Shown one piece after another: positions 20,280 to 30,752 of a stretch of 64,000 nt of DNA. Numbering within the stretch: the stretch's first letter is position 1; every line of letters starts with the position of its first letter. This stretch comes from Methanothrix sp. (GTDB lineage: Archaea; Halobacteriota; Methanosarcinia; Methanotrichales; Methanotrichaceae). The position numbers and the translations under genes are program-made. The notes under the pieces were generated by a model. It was not told the DNA's origin, made no database searches, and saw nothing but the letters and a program-made list of their open reading frames with translations. The stretch lies in contig OY821645.1 of NCBI GenBank assembly GCA_963682135.1, positions 2,816,001-2,880,000 of the forward strand. Direction: 5' to 3'.

Positions 20280-21467
20280 ATGAAATTATTAGTTATAACA
20301 GAAAGGTATCCTCATAAAATGGATTCCGTAAGTGCATCTTTTGTAAAACATCAGATCAAATATATAAAGAATTATATTGATACAGTATATGTAATATCGC
20401 TAACGGCATTCATCCCTAAATTTTTAGCTAAATGCTCTTTCATGCATCCGTTATGGCGGATGGATGCGTATGCAGAAAATTATAATTATGATAATGTATA
20501 TGTGTACTATGCGAAACATTTTAATCTTCCTTTATCTTTTTGCATGAAACATAAAGCAGAAATAACTTTAAATGTAGTTAAAAATATAATAAATAGAAAA
20601 AAGTTGGATTTTGATTTGATTCATGCTCATTTTATCGATCCTGCGGGCTATGTAGCAGTGAAACTTAAATATTTATATAGAAAACCAGTTATATTGACTG
20701 TTCATGAAAATAGAGAATGGTACTTAAAATTAATCTCTTCTCCGAGTAAGAAGACGTCCTATACTCTGCAAAATGCAGATAAAATAATTCGGGTCAATAA
20801 GAATGATATAGAAAATTTAAAACGTCTGGTAAAAAATGATTCTAAATTGATATATATGCCTAACGGATATAATTCTGAACTATTTAAGCCGTTGAATATG
20901 CTAAATTGCCGCTTGACACTTGGGTTAAGGCATGACAAAAAAATAATTTTAAATATTGCAAGTTTAGAGACTAAGAAGGGACACGTATTTTTGATAGATG
21001 CAATGGAGAACGTTTTTAAAATTAGAAAAGATGTATTGCTTTATATTATTGGGCAAGGATCTCTGGAAAAGGAACTTAAGCAATTGGTTGCTGAGAAATG
21101 TCTTCAAGATTGTGTCATCTTCGCGGGTGGCAATAAACCTCAAGAGGAGTTACCGATTTGGATAAATGCCTGCGATATATTTATTGTGTCAAGCTTAAGC
21201 GAAAGCTTTGGGATTGTCCAGATTGAGGCCCTAGCTTGCGGAAAACCAGTGGTAGCCACTTATAATGGTGGGAGCGAAGAGGTCATAATAAATGAGAAAT
21301 TGGGTGTCCTAGTTGCATCAAAGGACTCCCAGGGATTGGCATGTGCAATATTACAGGCTCTTGATGCCAAATGGGATGAGGAATTTATAATAGATTACGC
21401 CAATAATTATGCATTGAATCATACAACTAAAAATTTAATTCAGGTATACGAATCTACTCTGGCTTAA
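20280..21467 (+). CDS. Glycosyltransferase family 4 (TuaC-like)
   Basis: MKLLVITERYP, IHAHF, SESFGIVQIEALACGKPV. Confidence 0.92.
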   Translation: MKLLVITERYPHKMDSVSASFVKHQIKYIKNYIDTVYVISLTAFIPKFLAKCSFMHPLWRMDAYAENYNYDNVYVYYAKHFNLPLSFCMKHKAEITLNVVKNIINRKKLDFDLIHAHFIDPAGYVAVKLKYLYRKPVILTVHENREWYLKLISSPSKKTSYTLQNADKIIRVNKNDIENLKRLVKNDSKLIYMPNGYNSELFKPLNMLNCRLTLGLRHDKKIILNIASLETKKGHVFLIDAMENVFKIRKDVLLYIIGQGSLEKELKQLVAEKCLQDCVIFAGGNKPQEELPIWINACDIFIVSSLSESFGIVQIEALACGKPVVATYNGGSEEVIINEKLGVLVASKDSQGLACAILQALDAKWDEEFIIDYANNYALNHTTKNLIQVYESTLA

Positions 21468-22497
21468 GGATGACTTTAATGGTGGGGCGAGTATATTCTT
21501 CGTAATTCAAGAGATGTTTTCCCATTATTTTAGCAAATCCTTCCATATCAATTTTTATCAAACTGCATAGGATGCAAAGCAACGCAATTAGTTTTAAATA
21601 ATATGTTCCCTTGGCAAAAGCTTCTGTAAAGTCAATTCTAGCGATATTCCAATTACCTTTAATTAAATTAATTCTGCCAGAATATAAATATCCACAGGCA
21701 ATCCCCACATGATATGTCTTATAAAGAGCATTTTCTGTGATTCCCTGCATTTTTAGCGAATGAACTAAATCTCGCGGTAGTTTATCATAAAAATCTATTA
21801 TAAACTTGTAGGACGTGGCCATCTCTAAAACCATTGATGTGGTTACTTGTCTATTGTGTCTTCTCCAATACCCCAGTGTATCATTAATGGGCAGAAAATC
21901 TCCAATCAAAATAAGCTCCAACCATGTCGGATAATCTACATATGGGCATCCAGTCGGTTGCCTAAACCCACCGATCGAGAGTAGTCTATCCTTTCGACAT
22001 ATCACAGTGCAGGCAGTAATGAAATCTCTGTAAATCAATTCTCCTATAAGTCTCGATTTGGGCATAGTCTCATATTTTTCGATGTTTTCTGGGGTCGAAA
22101 ACATATGAGTTCCTTCGATATTTACATTGACAGCTTTTCCAAAGCAAAGTACGATTTCTGGATTGATAAACGCAGGTATTTGCTTTTCTAATTTGTTTGC
22201 AGGCCAAAAATCGTCTCCTTCCAAGACCGCTATGAGTTCTCCTCTTGAAATACTAAGAACCTTATTATATGTTTCTCCAAGTTTAAATATACCTGCATTT
22301 TTTTGCTGTATATATTTTATGCGTTCGTCTTTGTAGCGTTCAACTACCTCTGCTGTACCATCGATGGACCCATCATCGATGATTATTAGCTCCCAATAGG
22401 GATATGTCTGTGCTAAGACGCTCTCAATACATTGCCCGATAAACATCTCATGATTATATGTAGGCGTTATAATGGATACAAAAGGTCTATATATCAT
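21454..22497 (-). CDS. Glycosyltransferase family 2
   Basis: SIITPTYN, IIDDGS, LEGDDFW. Confidence 0.92.
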   Translation of the reverse strand: MIYRPFVSIITPTYNHEMFIGQCIESVLAQTYPYWELIIIDDGSIDGTAEVVERYKDERIKYIQQKNAGIFKLGETYNKVLSISRGELIAVLEGDDFWPANKLEKQIPAFINPEIVLCFGKAVNVNIEGTHMFSTPENIEKYETMPKSRLIGELIYRDFITACTVICRKDRLLSIGGFRQPTGCPYVDYPTWLELILIGDFLPINDTLGYWRRHNRQVTTSMVLEMATSYKFIIDFYDKLPRDLVHSLKMQGITENALYKTYHVGIACGYLYSGRINLIKGNWNIARIDFTEAFAKGTYYLKLIALLCILCSLIKIDMEGFAKIMGKHLLNYEEYTRPTIKVILKPE

Positions 22498-22708
22498 AGA
22501 ATCACTCTCAACGATGTGATTGACACATGATCCATTTGGTTATTTGTTGGTTCATGCGGTTTAATCAAATGCGAGTTTTCTCATTAATTATACAAGTAAT
22601 AATCATCAAAATTTTTGTTAAACTTCAGGCTCCTACGCAAACTCCATGTCGAGGGATTCTTGAATTTATATGTCATATATAATAGTTAACTAGACGATTT
22701 CGCTACCA

Positions 22709-23458
22709 TTACCTAGCTATCGACCGAATATGCTCAAAAAAATTTATTATTATTTTTGCATAATAGTTTATTCTAATTTTTTTTATAGTTATAGGATTTT
22801 GAGCGTCCCAATTTCCATTAGTAGTATATATATAATTATAGCTATATTTATGTTTTTGGAGCAATTTTTCCAAAGAAAAAAAATATCTTTCAGAAAAGGA
22901 ATATCCACTTGACCTATGATATAAGTAGCATGGTAGAACATAAGCATATAGACCCAGAAGCTTTGCACTCAGACAATAATCTACTGCATATAAGTGCCAA
23001 TCATCACAAACTAGCTCATCGAATTGCAGTTTATCGAATATTTTTTTTGGTATGATTACGAGACATTCATCTAACGTTTGTACATTTTCAGGGCCTTCTA
23101 TCTGGGTGTTCCCTGCTAATGTAGGTGGATTGCCATGCTTAATGTTTGTAATCACACCAGTACTATTTTTTGCACCGGCTACTCCGGCAATTCCAAGACT
23201 CGGTAAGGAATCTAATGTTTTTTCTGCATTCTCTAACCAATATTCCGAAGATAAATTAACGTCTTGATGTATAAACATAATATATTTAGAATTTGCCTGC
23301 CTACCTCCTCTGTTCAGAGCTTTTGCCGCAGAATTAAATTCTGCCTTAGTATTGTCTATCATTATCAAATTGTATTCTGCGGTTTGTTTTTGGAGACCAT
23401 TTAATAGATATTTCTCCAAAATTTGCCTATTATTATATGCGCAGACAATGGATATCAA
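22709..23458 (-). CDS. GT2-like glycosyltransferase
   Basis: MISIVCAYN, FIHQDV, QTLDEC, WHLYAVDYCL. Confidence 0.85.
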   Translation of the reverse strand: MISIVCAYNNRQILEKYLLNGLQKQTAEYNLIMIDNTKAEFNSAAKALNRGGRQANSKYIMFIHQDVNLSSEYWLENAEKTLDSLPSLGIAGVAGAKNSTGVITNIKHGNPPTLAGNTQIEGPENVQTLDECLVIIPKKIFDKLQFDELVCDDWHLYAVDYCLSAKLLGLYAYVLPCYLYHRSSGYSFSERYFFSLEKLLQKHKYSYNYIYTTNGNWDAQNPITIKKIRINYYAKIIINFFEHIRSIAR

Positions 23459-23517
23459 TTTAACAACCCCTCTATCTAGACAGTGTTAACATCAAGCCTC
23501 GGAATTTTGAAGAAATC

Positions 23518-23848
23518 AAACTGCGCGCGGCCACCCCACCCTAAACGCCCATGTGCCTCAGCATAATTGCACATACGAGGCGAATGAAAAACAAGATCTA
23601 TCGACATCTTAAGTCTCGTTTTTCATGGGAAAGGGATGGGTATGCTTCGGCCCGCGCGCCAGGGTTAGCCGGATTTCAGAAACATCCGAACCTTCGGTTT
23701 CCTGGATCTGCTTATCAGAATAATTGCGTATTTGCGTTCGGTTGCATGATCGCCTTGTTAAATCAATCTCAGAAAACATGAAATCAGGGCGAGGGTTCAC
23801 TTCATCCCCAACCTTAAGGATGGGGAATTCGTGACCCTCCGCACTCCC
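23518..23848. mobile_element. IS200/IS605-derived palindrome-associated MITE (PATE-like), interrupted
   Basis: One end GCGCGCGGCC-ACCCCACCCT[insert]AAAGGGATGGG-TATGCTTCGGCCCGCGCGC, other end hairpin TTCATCCCCAACCTTAAGGATGGGGAATT. Confidence 0.65.
23545..23631 (+). mobile_element. 87-bp non-autonomous IS110-type mini-element
   Basis: AA|ACGCCCATG...CATGGG|AA ends identical to the IS110 at 18627. Internal IR ATGAAAAAC. Removal restores the CCCTAAAGGG hairpin. Confidence 0.75.
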
Positions 23849-24089
23849 GTTGTTTTAATATGACTCTTCTTCTGATTAATCCGGAAGCCAGCCCGGTCAC
23901 TTCATCATCATCATATGCTTGCAGCGATTTCGGAGATCATAGGTAGGATTTGGTTGGGACCTCTATGTCGCACCAGCGATGACCTAGCAAGCACTGCATC
24001 AACTCTACCCTTATCGCCGTAATACATACCAAATTATAGAATTCGCTTTTGTGGGAGCATCCCCATAGGGCGTATTTTTTGTAGTCTTT

Positions 24090-25007
24090 CTAATTTTTAT
24101 CTAAGGGCCGAATTATACGTTTCAGCCTGACAACATTAGCATAAGCATTCTCACCAAATAACCATGAAAGAGCGACTACCAAGTATTTTATGTTAAATGG
24201 ATTTGACCTCAGCGCCCGCAGAAGGTACATTCTTCCTTCACGCTTGCTTCCAGCTTGGCACAAATGAAATCCAATCGAATACTGCCAGCTCGCCAATGAA
24301 TATTTATTCCTCTTGAAAGTACGAATGTGTTTCTCAATTATTAGCTTACTTGCTTTAAAGAATGCATCCTGATTAGCAGAGATACTATCTTGCGAATAAA
24401 ACGCATTTAGTAACGGCTCGTCAATGCAATCAAATATATAATATTTTGATATTCTAATGAATAGTTCCCAATCTTGGAGGCGAGGAAGACTTTCGTCAAA
24501 AACGCCTACTTTTTCGAAGCATTCCTTTCTTATGACTACCGCATCGGCTGCCACAAAATTTCCATTAAGAAGCTCTTCATGTAAATTACCTTTCTTTATT
24601 TTTATATTTTGGCCAGGCATATACATTCTACTATCGTCTTTTATTAAATAGAATCCAGTATAAACTACTCCAACCTGGGTTGAAGCCTTTTCAAAGATTC
24701 TCATCTGTTTTTCTAATTTTTCTGGCAACCATTCATCATCGCTATCTTGAAATGCTATGTATTCCCCATGCGCTGCATTTATTCCTGTATTCCTGGCTGC
24801 CGAGCCGCCTCTGTTCAACTCGTGGCGGATGTATCGGATGCGCGGATCGTTGAAGCCCATGATCACCTCTTTGGTATTGTCCATGGACGCGTCGTCCACT
24901 ACAATGAGTTCGAAGTCATGGTAGGTCTGGTCCAGCACGCTACGAATCGCCCTAGCTATCAAATGCGCACGATTGTAGGTCGGGAGGATTACACTTACGA
25001 TTGACAT
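24090..25007 (-). CDS. Glycosyltransferase family 2
   Basis: SVILPTYNRA, VDDAS, AARNTG, FQDSDD, QDWEL. Confidence 0.93.
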   Translation of the reverse strand: MSIVSVILPTYNRAHLIARAIRSVLDQTYHDFELIVVDDASMDNTKEVIMGFNDPRIRYIRHELNRGGSAARNTGINAAHGEYIAFQDSDDEWLPEKLEKQMRIFEKASTQVGVVYTGFYLIKDDSRMYMPGQNIKIKKGNLHEELLNGNFVAADAVVIRKECFEKVGVFDESLPRLQDWELFIRISKYYIFDCIDEPLLNAFYSQDSISANQDAFFKASKLIIEKHIRTFKRNKYSLASWQYSIGFHLCQAGSKREGRMYLLRALRSNPFNIKYLVVALSWLFGENAYANVVRLKRIIRPLDKN

Positions 25008-25290
25008 CTCGCTCTCCTTTATTTACGATAAACGGATTCTTAGTCTGTGAATGCCTTCCCTATGTAGGTCTATTCTAATGGCTTCGCCATTTTAGGTTGA
25101 ATTGCTCAATAGACTTCGTCTAATGATATTGTTTAACAATCTGGCGATAGTCACTGGTGAGCTCTTATTCGTCATCAAATGGCATCGACATGCGCCCAAT
25201 TCAGGAGAGCTAAGCATTTACAATAAAAGCAAACACCAGAATTTAAACTAATATGTGAGCTCAATCAATAACCAATGTTGAGCAATTTGA

Positions 25291-26595
25291 TTATGCTTTC
25301 ACTATTTTATCACTTCTAATATGACATGTCGCATTTCTTGTATCTACAATTAGTTTGCTATTTTTTACTATAGATTCGTAATTATAAGAGGAATGATCTG
25401 TCAATATAACTACGCAGTCGTATTCCCACAAATCCGTTTCTAAAATTGGAACTGATCTCATCTGGAAATTATACTTTCTAATTTTTGGCATCTTTGGAAC
25501 ATAAGGGTCATTGTATTTCACTTTTGCTCCATGGGTAATAAATAGGTCCATCACCTTCAAAGATGGTGATTCCCTTGTATCTCCAACATCTTTTTTATAG
25601 GCTAGACCAAGGATTAGTATTTTCGAATCCTTTACTGATATATTTCGGTCATTGAGAGCTTGTATGGTCTTTTCTACCACATAGTAAGGCATATGGGTGT
25701 TGACCATTCCTGCAAGTTCTATGAACCTAGTCTCAAAGTCGTACTCTCTAGCCTTCCAGGTCAAGTAAAATGGATCTATGGGAATACAATGTCCGCCCAA
25801 GCCAGGACCAGGATAGAATGCCTGGAAGCCAAAGGGTTTGGTCTTGGCAGCATCTATTACTTCCCAGATATCTATGCCCATACGGTCAAATAGAATCTTG
25901 AGCTCGTTAACAAGCGCAATATTTACTGCACGGTAGATATTTTCGAGAAGCTTGGTTGCTTCCGCCGCTCTAGTAGAAGATACGGAAATGGTCTCGATCA
26001 AAATGGATTCATAAAGAGCCTTTGTAGCCTCTAGGCATTGTTCAGTGAATCCGCCTATCACTTTAGGTGTGTTGACAAGGCTGAATGCTTTGTTGTTTGG
26101 ATCCTCTCTTTCAGGAGAATATGCCAGGTAGAAGTCTTCTCCTGCCCTCAAACCAGTTGCTTCAAGTATTGCCCTCATTTCTTCGTCGGTTGTACCAGGG
26201 TATGTTGTAGACTCCAGTATGATTAGCTGGCCTTTGCGCAAATGCTTAGCGATTGTTCGACTGGTGTCAAAGACATATGATAAATCAGGCTCTCGGTTTC
26301 TATTGAGGGGAGTAGGAACGCAGATTATTATGCAATCAGTCACCTCCAGGAGATTAAAATCTGTGATTGGCTTGAGCTTGCCTTTTTCCATGACCGCCAT
26401 TATTTTTTTAAAATCGATGTGGTGAATGTAGCTTTTCCCATCCTGAAGAGCGTCTATCTTTTTTCCATCAATATCGAAGCCGTATACGTCAAAGCCAGAT
26501 TGTGAAAAAGCTAATGCAAGGGGGAGGCCTACGTATCCAAGGCCAATTATACCTACTTTAGCATTTCTATTTTTAATTTTATCGATCAATTCCAT
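25291..26595 (-). CDS. UDP-GlcNAc/ManNAc 6-dehydrogenase (WbpA/WecC family)
   Basis: GLGYVG, CVPTPL, ESTTYPGTT, YSPERED, GPGLGGHCIPIDP. Confidence 0.93.
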   Translation of the reverse strand: MELIDKIKNRNAKVGIIGLGYVGLPLALAFSQSGFDVYGFDIDGKKIDALQDGKSYIHHIDFKKIMAVMEKGKLKPITDFNLLEVTDCIIICVPTPLNRNREPDLSYVFDTSRTIAKHLRKGQLIILESTTYPGTTDEEMRAILEATGLRAGEDFYLAYSPEREDPNNKAFSLVNTPKVIGGFTEQCLEATKALYESILIETISVSSTRAAEATKLLENIYRAVNIALVNELKILFDRMGIDIWEVIDAAKTKPFGFQAFYPGPGLGGHCIPIDPFYLTWKAREYDFETRFIELAGMVNTHMPYYVVEKTIQALNDRNISVKDSKILILGLAYKKDVGDTRESPSLKVMDLFITHGAKVKYNDPYVPKMPKIRKYNFQMRSVPILETDLWEYDCVVILTDHSSYNYESIVKNSKLIVDTRNATCHIRSDKIVKA

Positions 26596-26726
26596 AAAGA
26601 ATCCTTGCCTTTGATGCTGTGTCGCATAATTTATATAGTAAAAATATAGTATGTGTTTAGCTCACACCCAGGTTTTTAAAATACAACTCTGGCAGAAATG
26701 ATTTAGACCAAAAAAAATTAAGTAAT

Positions 26727-26770
26727 GTGAAACGGCGGCGGCGCACCCGCGCAGCAAGCTGCATGGTTTT
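26727..26770 (+). repeat. GCAGCAAGCTGC-type palindromic end
   Basis: GTGAAACGGCGGCGGCGCACCCGCGCAGCAAGCTGC. Confidence 0.7.
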
Positions 26771-26914
26771 CATTTTCGATAAATATTATTTTATCGAAGA
26801 TCAATATAAATGAGCGTTTTGAACCAAAAAGAGATCTCGGGCATTTAGCGACATAGGATGTCGCAAAATGGGCTTATGGATACTGGTTATGATGTGCTGA
26901 GCATATACAAAAAT

Positions 26915-28267
26915 TTATAAGAGATGAACATATTTCTTTAGTATTCTATTGAAATATGGTTTCGATCTTTTAATCTCTATCAAAGATTCCAGCTTAATCC
27001 CTTGACCGGTCCATTGCATTTCATTTATATCTTTGGCGCATAATTTTCCGCAAAATTCTGCTACGTCAAAAACATTCTCCAGACCAAATTCAGCCGCATC
27101 AAGCACTAGATCACTACCATTAAATCCCTTTTTGAAAGAATCATCACTGCAATATTCCTGAATATGGCAATCAAAAATCTTACCATAAATCTTTTTTATG
27201 AGATGATACCATCCAGGCATACCATCCTCATCTCTGGAATGGTCTTTGAATTTTTTGTCAAACCATAACTGCAAACCACGATCATCAGCTAGCGAATCTC
27301 GGATTTTGCCTAAATGCATTCTCCATTCCGTTTCTCCATCAATGCCTCTGAGAGATCTTTCTCGCAATTCATTCACGCAGTTGAAAGTAAGTCTTTTGCG
27401 GTTGATACAAATATTTTCATCATTAGGGAAAAGATTATCCTTCGCCCAAAGAAACGAGTCTCCAACATATGCAGAATTCACCGGAATATCTGGAATTCTC
27501 GGATGACGTATGCGATTAGCTTCAGCACTCAGGAGCCAAAACTCTTGAGCGATCAAATTATCTTTTGCATAAGTTGTGGCAAATCCGGTACTAAATGACG
27601 ATTTTCCAGCAATGCCTAATGGTAGTCCTATAGAGATGTAGTTCTTTGCGAGATGCGCGAACGCAAAGCCGGAATATACATCAGGACTCTCGGTAGGAAA
27701 TAGGCTTCCCGTTTTATTACGCAACAAATCTATAAGGGTTCGATGAATCGCTGAACGGTAGATCATTGGAAATCCATCGCCATAGCTAATTTCGAAATTG
27801 GCCATTTTTTGAATAACTTTTCGGGAATTAAGCATCTGATTTTTTCTGACAATAGGGATGACGAGTCGATTCTCAAATTCCGGAGCATTTGGCCAATTGT
27901 AGTAAATCCACTGCCAATGCAGGGCTTTAACATCGAATACCCTGAGTAATTGATTGATCATATCAAGTGCATTCAACAAAAGGCCATCGTCATCTCCTAT
28001 TACGATTACATATTCGCCTTCAGCATGAGAAATCGCTAGCTCCCAATTTTGGCTCATTGCAAGAGGTCGGTCTGATCGAATATATTTTATCTTTTCCGAC
28101 TCAAAGCTATCTACTGTTTCCCTGGTTCCAATGGAACTGCAATTGTCGCAGACTATGATCTCATAGTCATTAAAATTTTTTTGATTTAAGCAGGTTAATA
28201 AAGCATACTTCAATGTGGCATGCCTATTTCTGGTCGGTATCACAATGCTGAATCTAGGGGTTGACAT
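26915..28267 (-). CDS. Glycosyltransferase family 2
   Basis: FSIVIPTRNR, VCDNCS, IGDDDG, SPDVYSG. Confidence 0.88.
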   Translation of the reverse strand: MSTPRFSIVIPTRNRHATLKYALLTCLNQKNFNDYEIIVCDNCSSIGTRETVDSFESEKIKYIRSDRPLAMSQNWELAISHAEGEYVIVIGDDDGLLLNALDMINQLLRVFDVKALHWQWIYYNWPNAPEFENRLVIPIVRKNQMLNSRKVIQKMANFEISYGDGFPMIYRSAIHRTLIDLLRNKTGSLFPTESPDVYSGFAFAHLAKNYISIGLPLGIAGKSSFSTGFATTYAKDNLIAQEFWLLSAEANRIRHPRIPDIPVNSAYVGDSFLWAKDNLFPNDENICINRKRLTFNCVNELRERSLRGIDGETEWRMHLGKIRDSLADDRGLQLWFDKKFKDHSRDEDGMPGWYHLIKKIYGKIFDCHIQEYCSDDSFKKGFNGSDLVLDAAEFGLENVFDVAEFCGKLCAKDINEMQWTGQGIKLESLIEIKRSKPYFNRILKKYVHLL

Positions 28268-28603
28268 TCTATCTCCTAATTATATCCTTATGTAATATAC
28301 GGCGTGTTGTTTTTTTATTCATACTTAATAGTTAATAAGAATAATAATTAATTATGGCTTCTGAGATCTGCTGTAATCGAGACATCCTTTCCTCTCACTG
28401 AGCCTTCGCAATATTCGGATAATAAATCTAAATTATTTGATAATATTACAGATATATGATTTATTGATATTAATTCATAGATACGTTTATAGGAATCCTC
28501 AATAATAAATTTAATCGATACCTCTTTCGATATAAGTGCCCAATAACACCGGATGCCAAAAGAGATCTATAAATGCCCTATATGCTTTAGTCGTTGACCC
28601 AAA

Positions 28604-28743
28604 GTGAAACAGCAGCGCACCCGCGCAGCAAGCTACGGAGCATCCGAGGCGTCGCCGCTTTAAAATGGAACCAGGTAGAGCTAATCAAAGCCTAAGATGA
28701 ATACGTATGCCCTTTATCCCAGTCGCAGCAAGCTGCGGGAATT
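28604..28743 (+). mobile_element. ~140-bp MITE with two GCAGCAAGCT hairpin ends (IS200/IS605-like)
   Basis: GTGAAACAGCAGCGCACCCGCGCAGCAAGCTACGG ... TTTATCCCAGTCGCAGCAAGCTGCGGGAATT. Confidence 0.65.
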
Positions 28744-28863
28744 GCGTTTTTAAAATCAGGGATTATTGAGTAAATTATTTTCCGTCAATACCTATAAGCT
28801 TTAAACTGCGAGTGATTCAGATGTGCTTGCACTGATGATTTCACACTATTTTCATCTGATTTG

Positions 28864-29766
28864 CTAAAGATGAGATTTCCACCAGAGAATTGTTTCATCC
28901 AATCCTCGGTCAAGTTCGTATTTGGGTGTCCAGCCCACTTCTTTTGTAATGCGACTAACATCAGCCACCAATAATGGTGGGTCGTCTGATGACATAGGAA
29001 CTGCGCCATACTCAATATGATCACTGTTATTGATCTTGTCCGAAATTTTTTGGATTATATTTTTTAAGACAACAGGCCTGCCCGATCCGATATTCACTGG
29101 CCCCTCAACACCGCTTTCCAATAGAGCTATAAATGCATCTGCGACATCCTTAACATATAAAAAATCTCGAATCTGATTTCCGTGAGAACAGCGTGCTTTT
29201 TCTCCCATCAGCAAAGAGCGAATAACAGATGATGTCAGTCGGTCTTGATGCTCATAAGGGCCATATAGGAAAAAAATGCGCCCCCATGCTGTACTGAGTC
29301 CGGTTTCTTTGGATAGACTATCAAGTATTATTTGCAGAGAATGCTTGCATGTTCCATAAAGTGTTGAAGGTAAAAGAGGAGTCACTCTTTCAGAACAATA
29401 TCCATATCTCCAATCATACTCCGCGCACGTGCCAGCCAGAACCGCTCTCTTTCCACCGTTAACAACGAACGCCTGCAAGAGCTCAAGGCTTGATTGAACC
29501 CAGCGGATGTTCTCCAGTGATGTCCAGCATTTTCCCGGCACAACGTACCAGGCAAAGTGTAATAAGTGCGATGGCATAACATCGGTCACTAAATCTTGTA
29601 GCTGCAAGGAATTCAATAGGTCGATTTTGTGCCAGTGAATAACTGAACTGCTATCCATGGGGCACCTTGTAGAAACGGCATGAACCTCATAACCCCTCGA
29701 AGACAAAAAAGGCAGGCAATGACGGCCTATAAATCCTGTAGCTCCCGTGAGCAATATTCTTTTCAT
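28864..29766 (-). CDS. NAD(P)-dependent NDP-4-keto-sugar reductase/epimerase
   Basis: TGATGFIG, GTCAEY, YGTCK, RIFFLYGP. Confidence 0.88.
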   Translation of the reverse strand: MKRILLTGATGFIGRHCLPFLSSRGYEVHAVSTRCPMDSSSVIHWHKIDLLNSLQLQDLVTDVMPSHLLHFAWYVVPGKCWTSLENIRWVQSSLELLQAFVVNGGKRAVLAGTCAEYDWRYGYCSERVTPLLPSTLYGTCKHSLQIILDSLSKETGLSTAWGRIFFLYGPYEHQDRLTSSVIRSLLMGEKARCSHGNQIRDFLYVKDVADAFIALLESGVEGPVNIGSGRPVVLKNIIQKISDKINNSDHIEYGAVPMSSDDPPLLVADVSRITKEVGWTPKYELDRGLDETILWWKSHL

Positions 29767-29828
29767 AGATTGATGTCCGAATGCTTTTTATATTTGGCTG
29801 AGATAATTTGTTTTTGATATGAAAATGA

Positions 29829-30165
29829 GTGACTATTCAGCCCTTCCCTGTAAATCATTACGGTTTTAGGCTGAAACCAACGTTTTTCCGGGAATGAATG
29901 GATTGCCTTCAAAGACTCCTTGAATGGCGTCGATAACTGAAATGGAGTTCTTTTTGACCGTAGAGATATATCCTCTAATTCTGCAAAAGATTCTGGCCCC
30001 TTCCCAGCTCCTGAAGTTGCCTGAAATTTTCTGCTGAACTTTCACCATTCTCTGATCCCTCTCTGCCAGATTATTGTCAAATGGAACCTCAAAGTCATAC
30101 ATGAAAGCCAAAGCTTCTCTCCGATACTTGTCCATTCTCTCCAACAGATTTGAGGCCTTTGTCTT
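29829..30165 (-). mobile_element. IS66 C-terminal remnant with right TIR
   Basis: VPFDNNLAERDQRMVKVQQKISG...FCRIRGYIST and end GTGACTATTCAGCC. Confidence 0.85.
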
Positions 30166-30752
30166 TTTGATATGAAAATGATTCATATTTACCTATGCAG
30201 TCGCCGCCTTTGTCACTGAAGATCCGGCCTTCTCAAGCGATCTAACCATCGATTGCTCTCTTCTTTTTGATGTTCTTTCATGAATGGCCTCTGCACCCAT
30301 ATCCTGATAAGGCTCAGATGTCTTGAGTACAAAGTAGATATCGATAAGCATACACGATGCGCCAAAGCAACAAGAGTCAAGAGTCTTCTTTTTGCCCTCC
30401 CTTCTGATGAAATTATGGTAGAAGGCATTATATGAGGTGTTCTTAGTTTTTGAAGCAGCCCATGCGGATTCAGTTAAGGCTCCCTTTAGAAAGGAATTGC
30501 CTTTCTGTGTTTTTCCGCTCTTCTTCTTTCCCGCACTCTCGTTATTGCCTGGGCATACGCCCGCCCAAGAGTAAAGATGTGCTTCATCTGGAAACTGAGA
30601 CATATCATTCCCAATTTCTGCCAATATTGCTGACGCATTAACTTCACTGATTCCTGGAATCGTTTGAATCAGCTTCGATTCCTTCTGAAAAGGGATCATC
30701 TTTTTCTCGATCTCCTCATCGTGTTTATTTATTTGCTTGGTAAGATCGTCGA
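30166..30752 (-). mobile_element. IS110 C-terminal remnant with right end
   Basis: TIPGIS...WAGVCPGNNESAGKKKS and right end TTTTCATATC|AA. Confidence 0.85.

Noticed and set aside
28270-28600. Possible gene remnant upstream of GT2
   Set aside because: AT-rich with stops and no recognisable motif.
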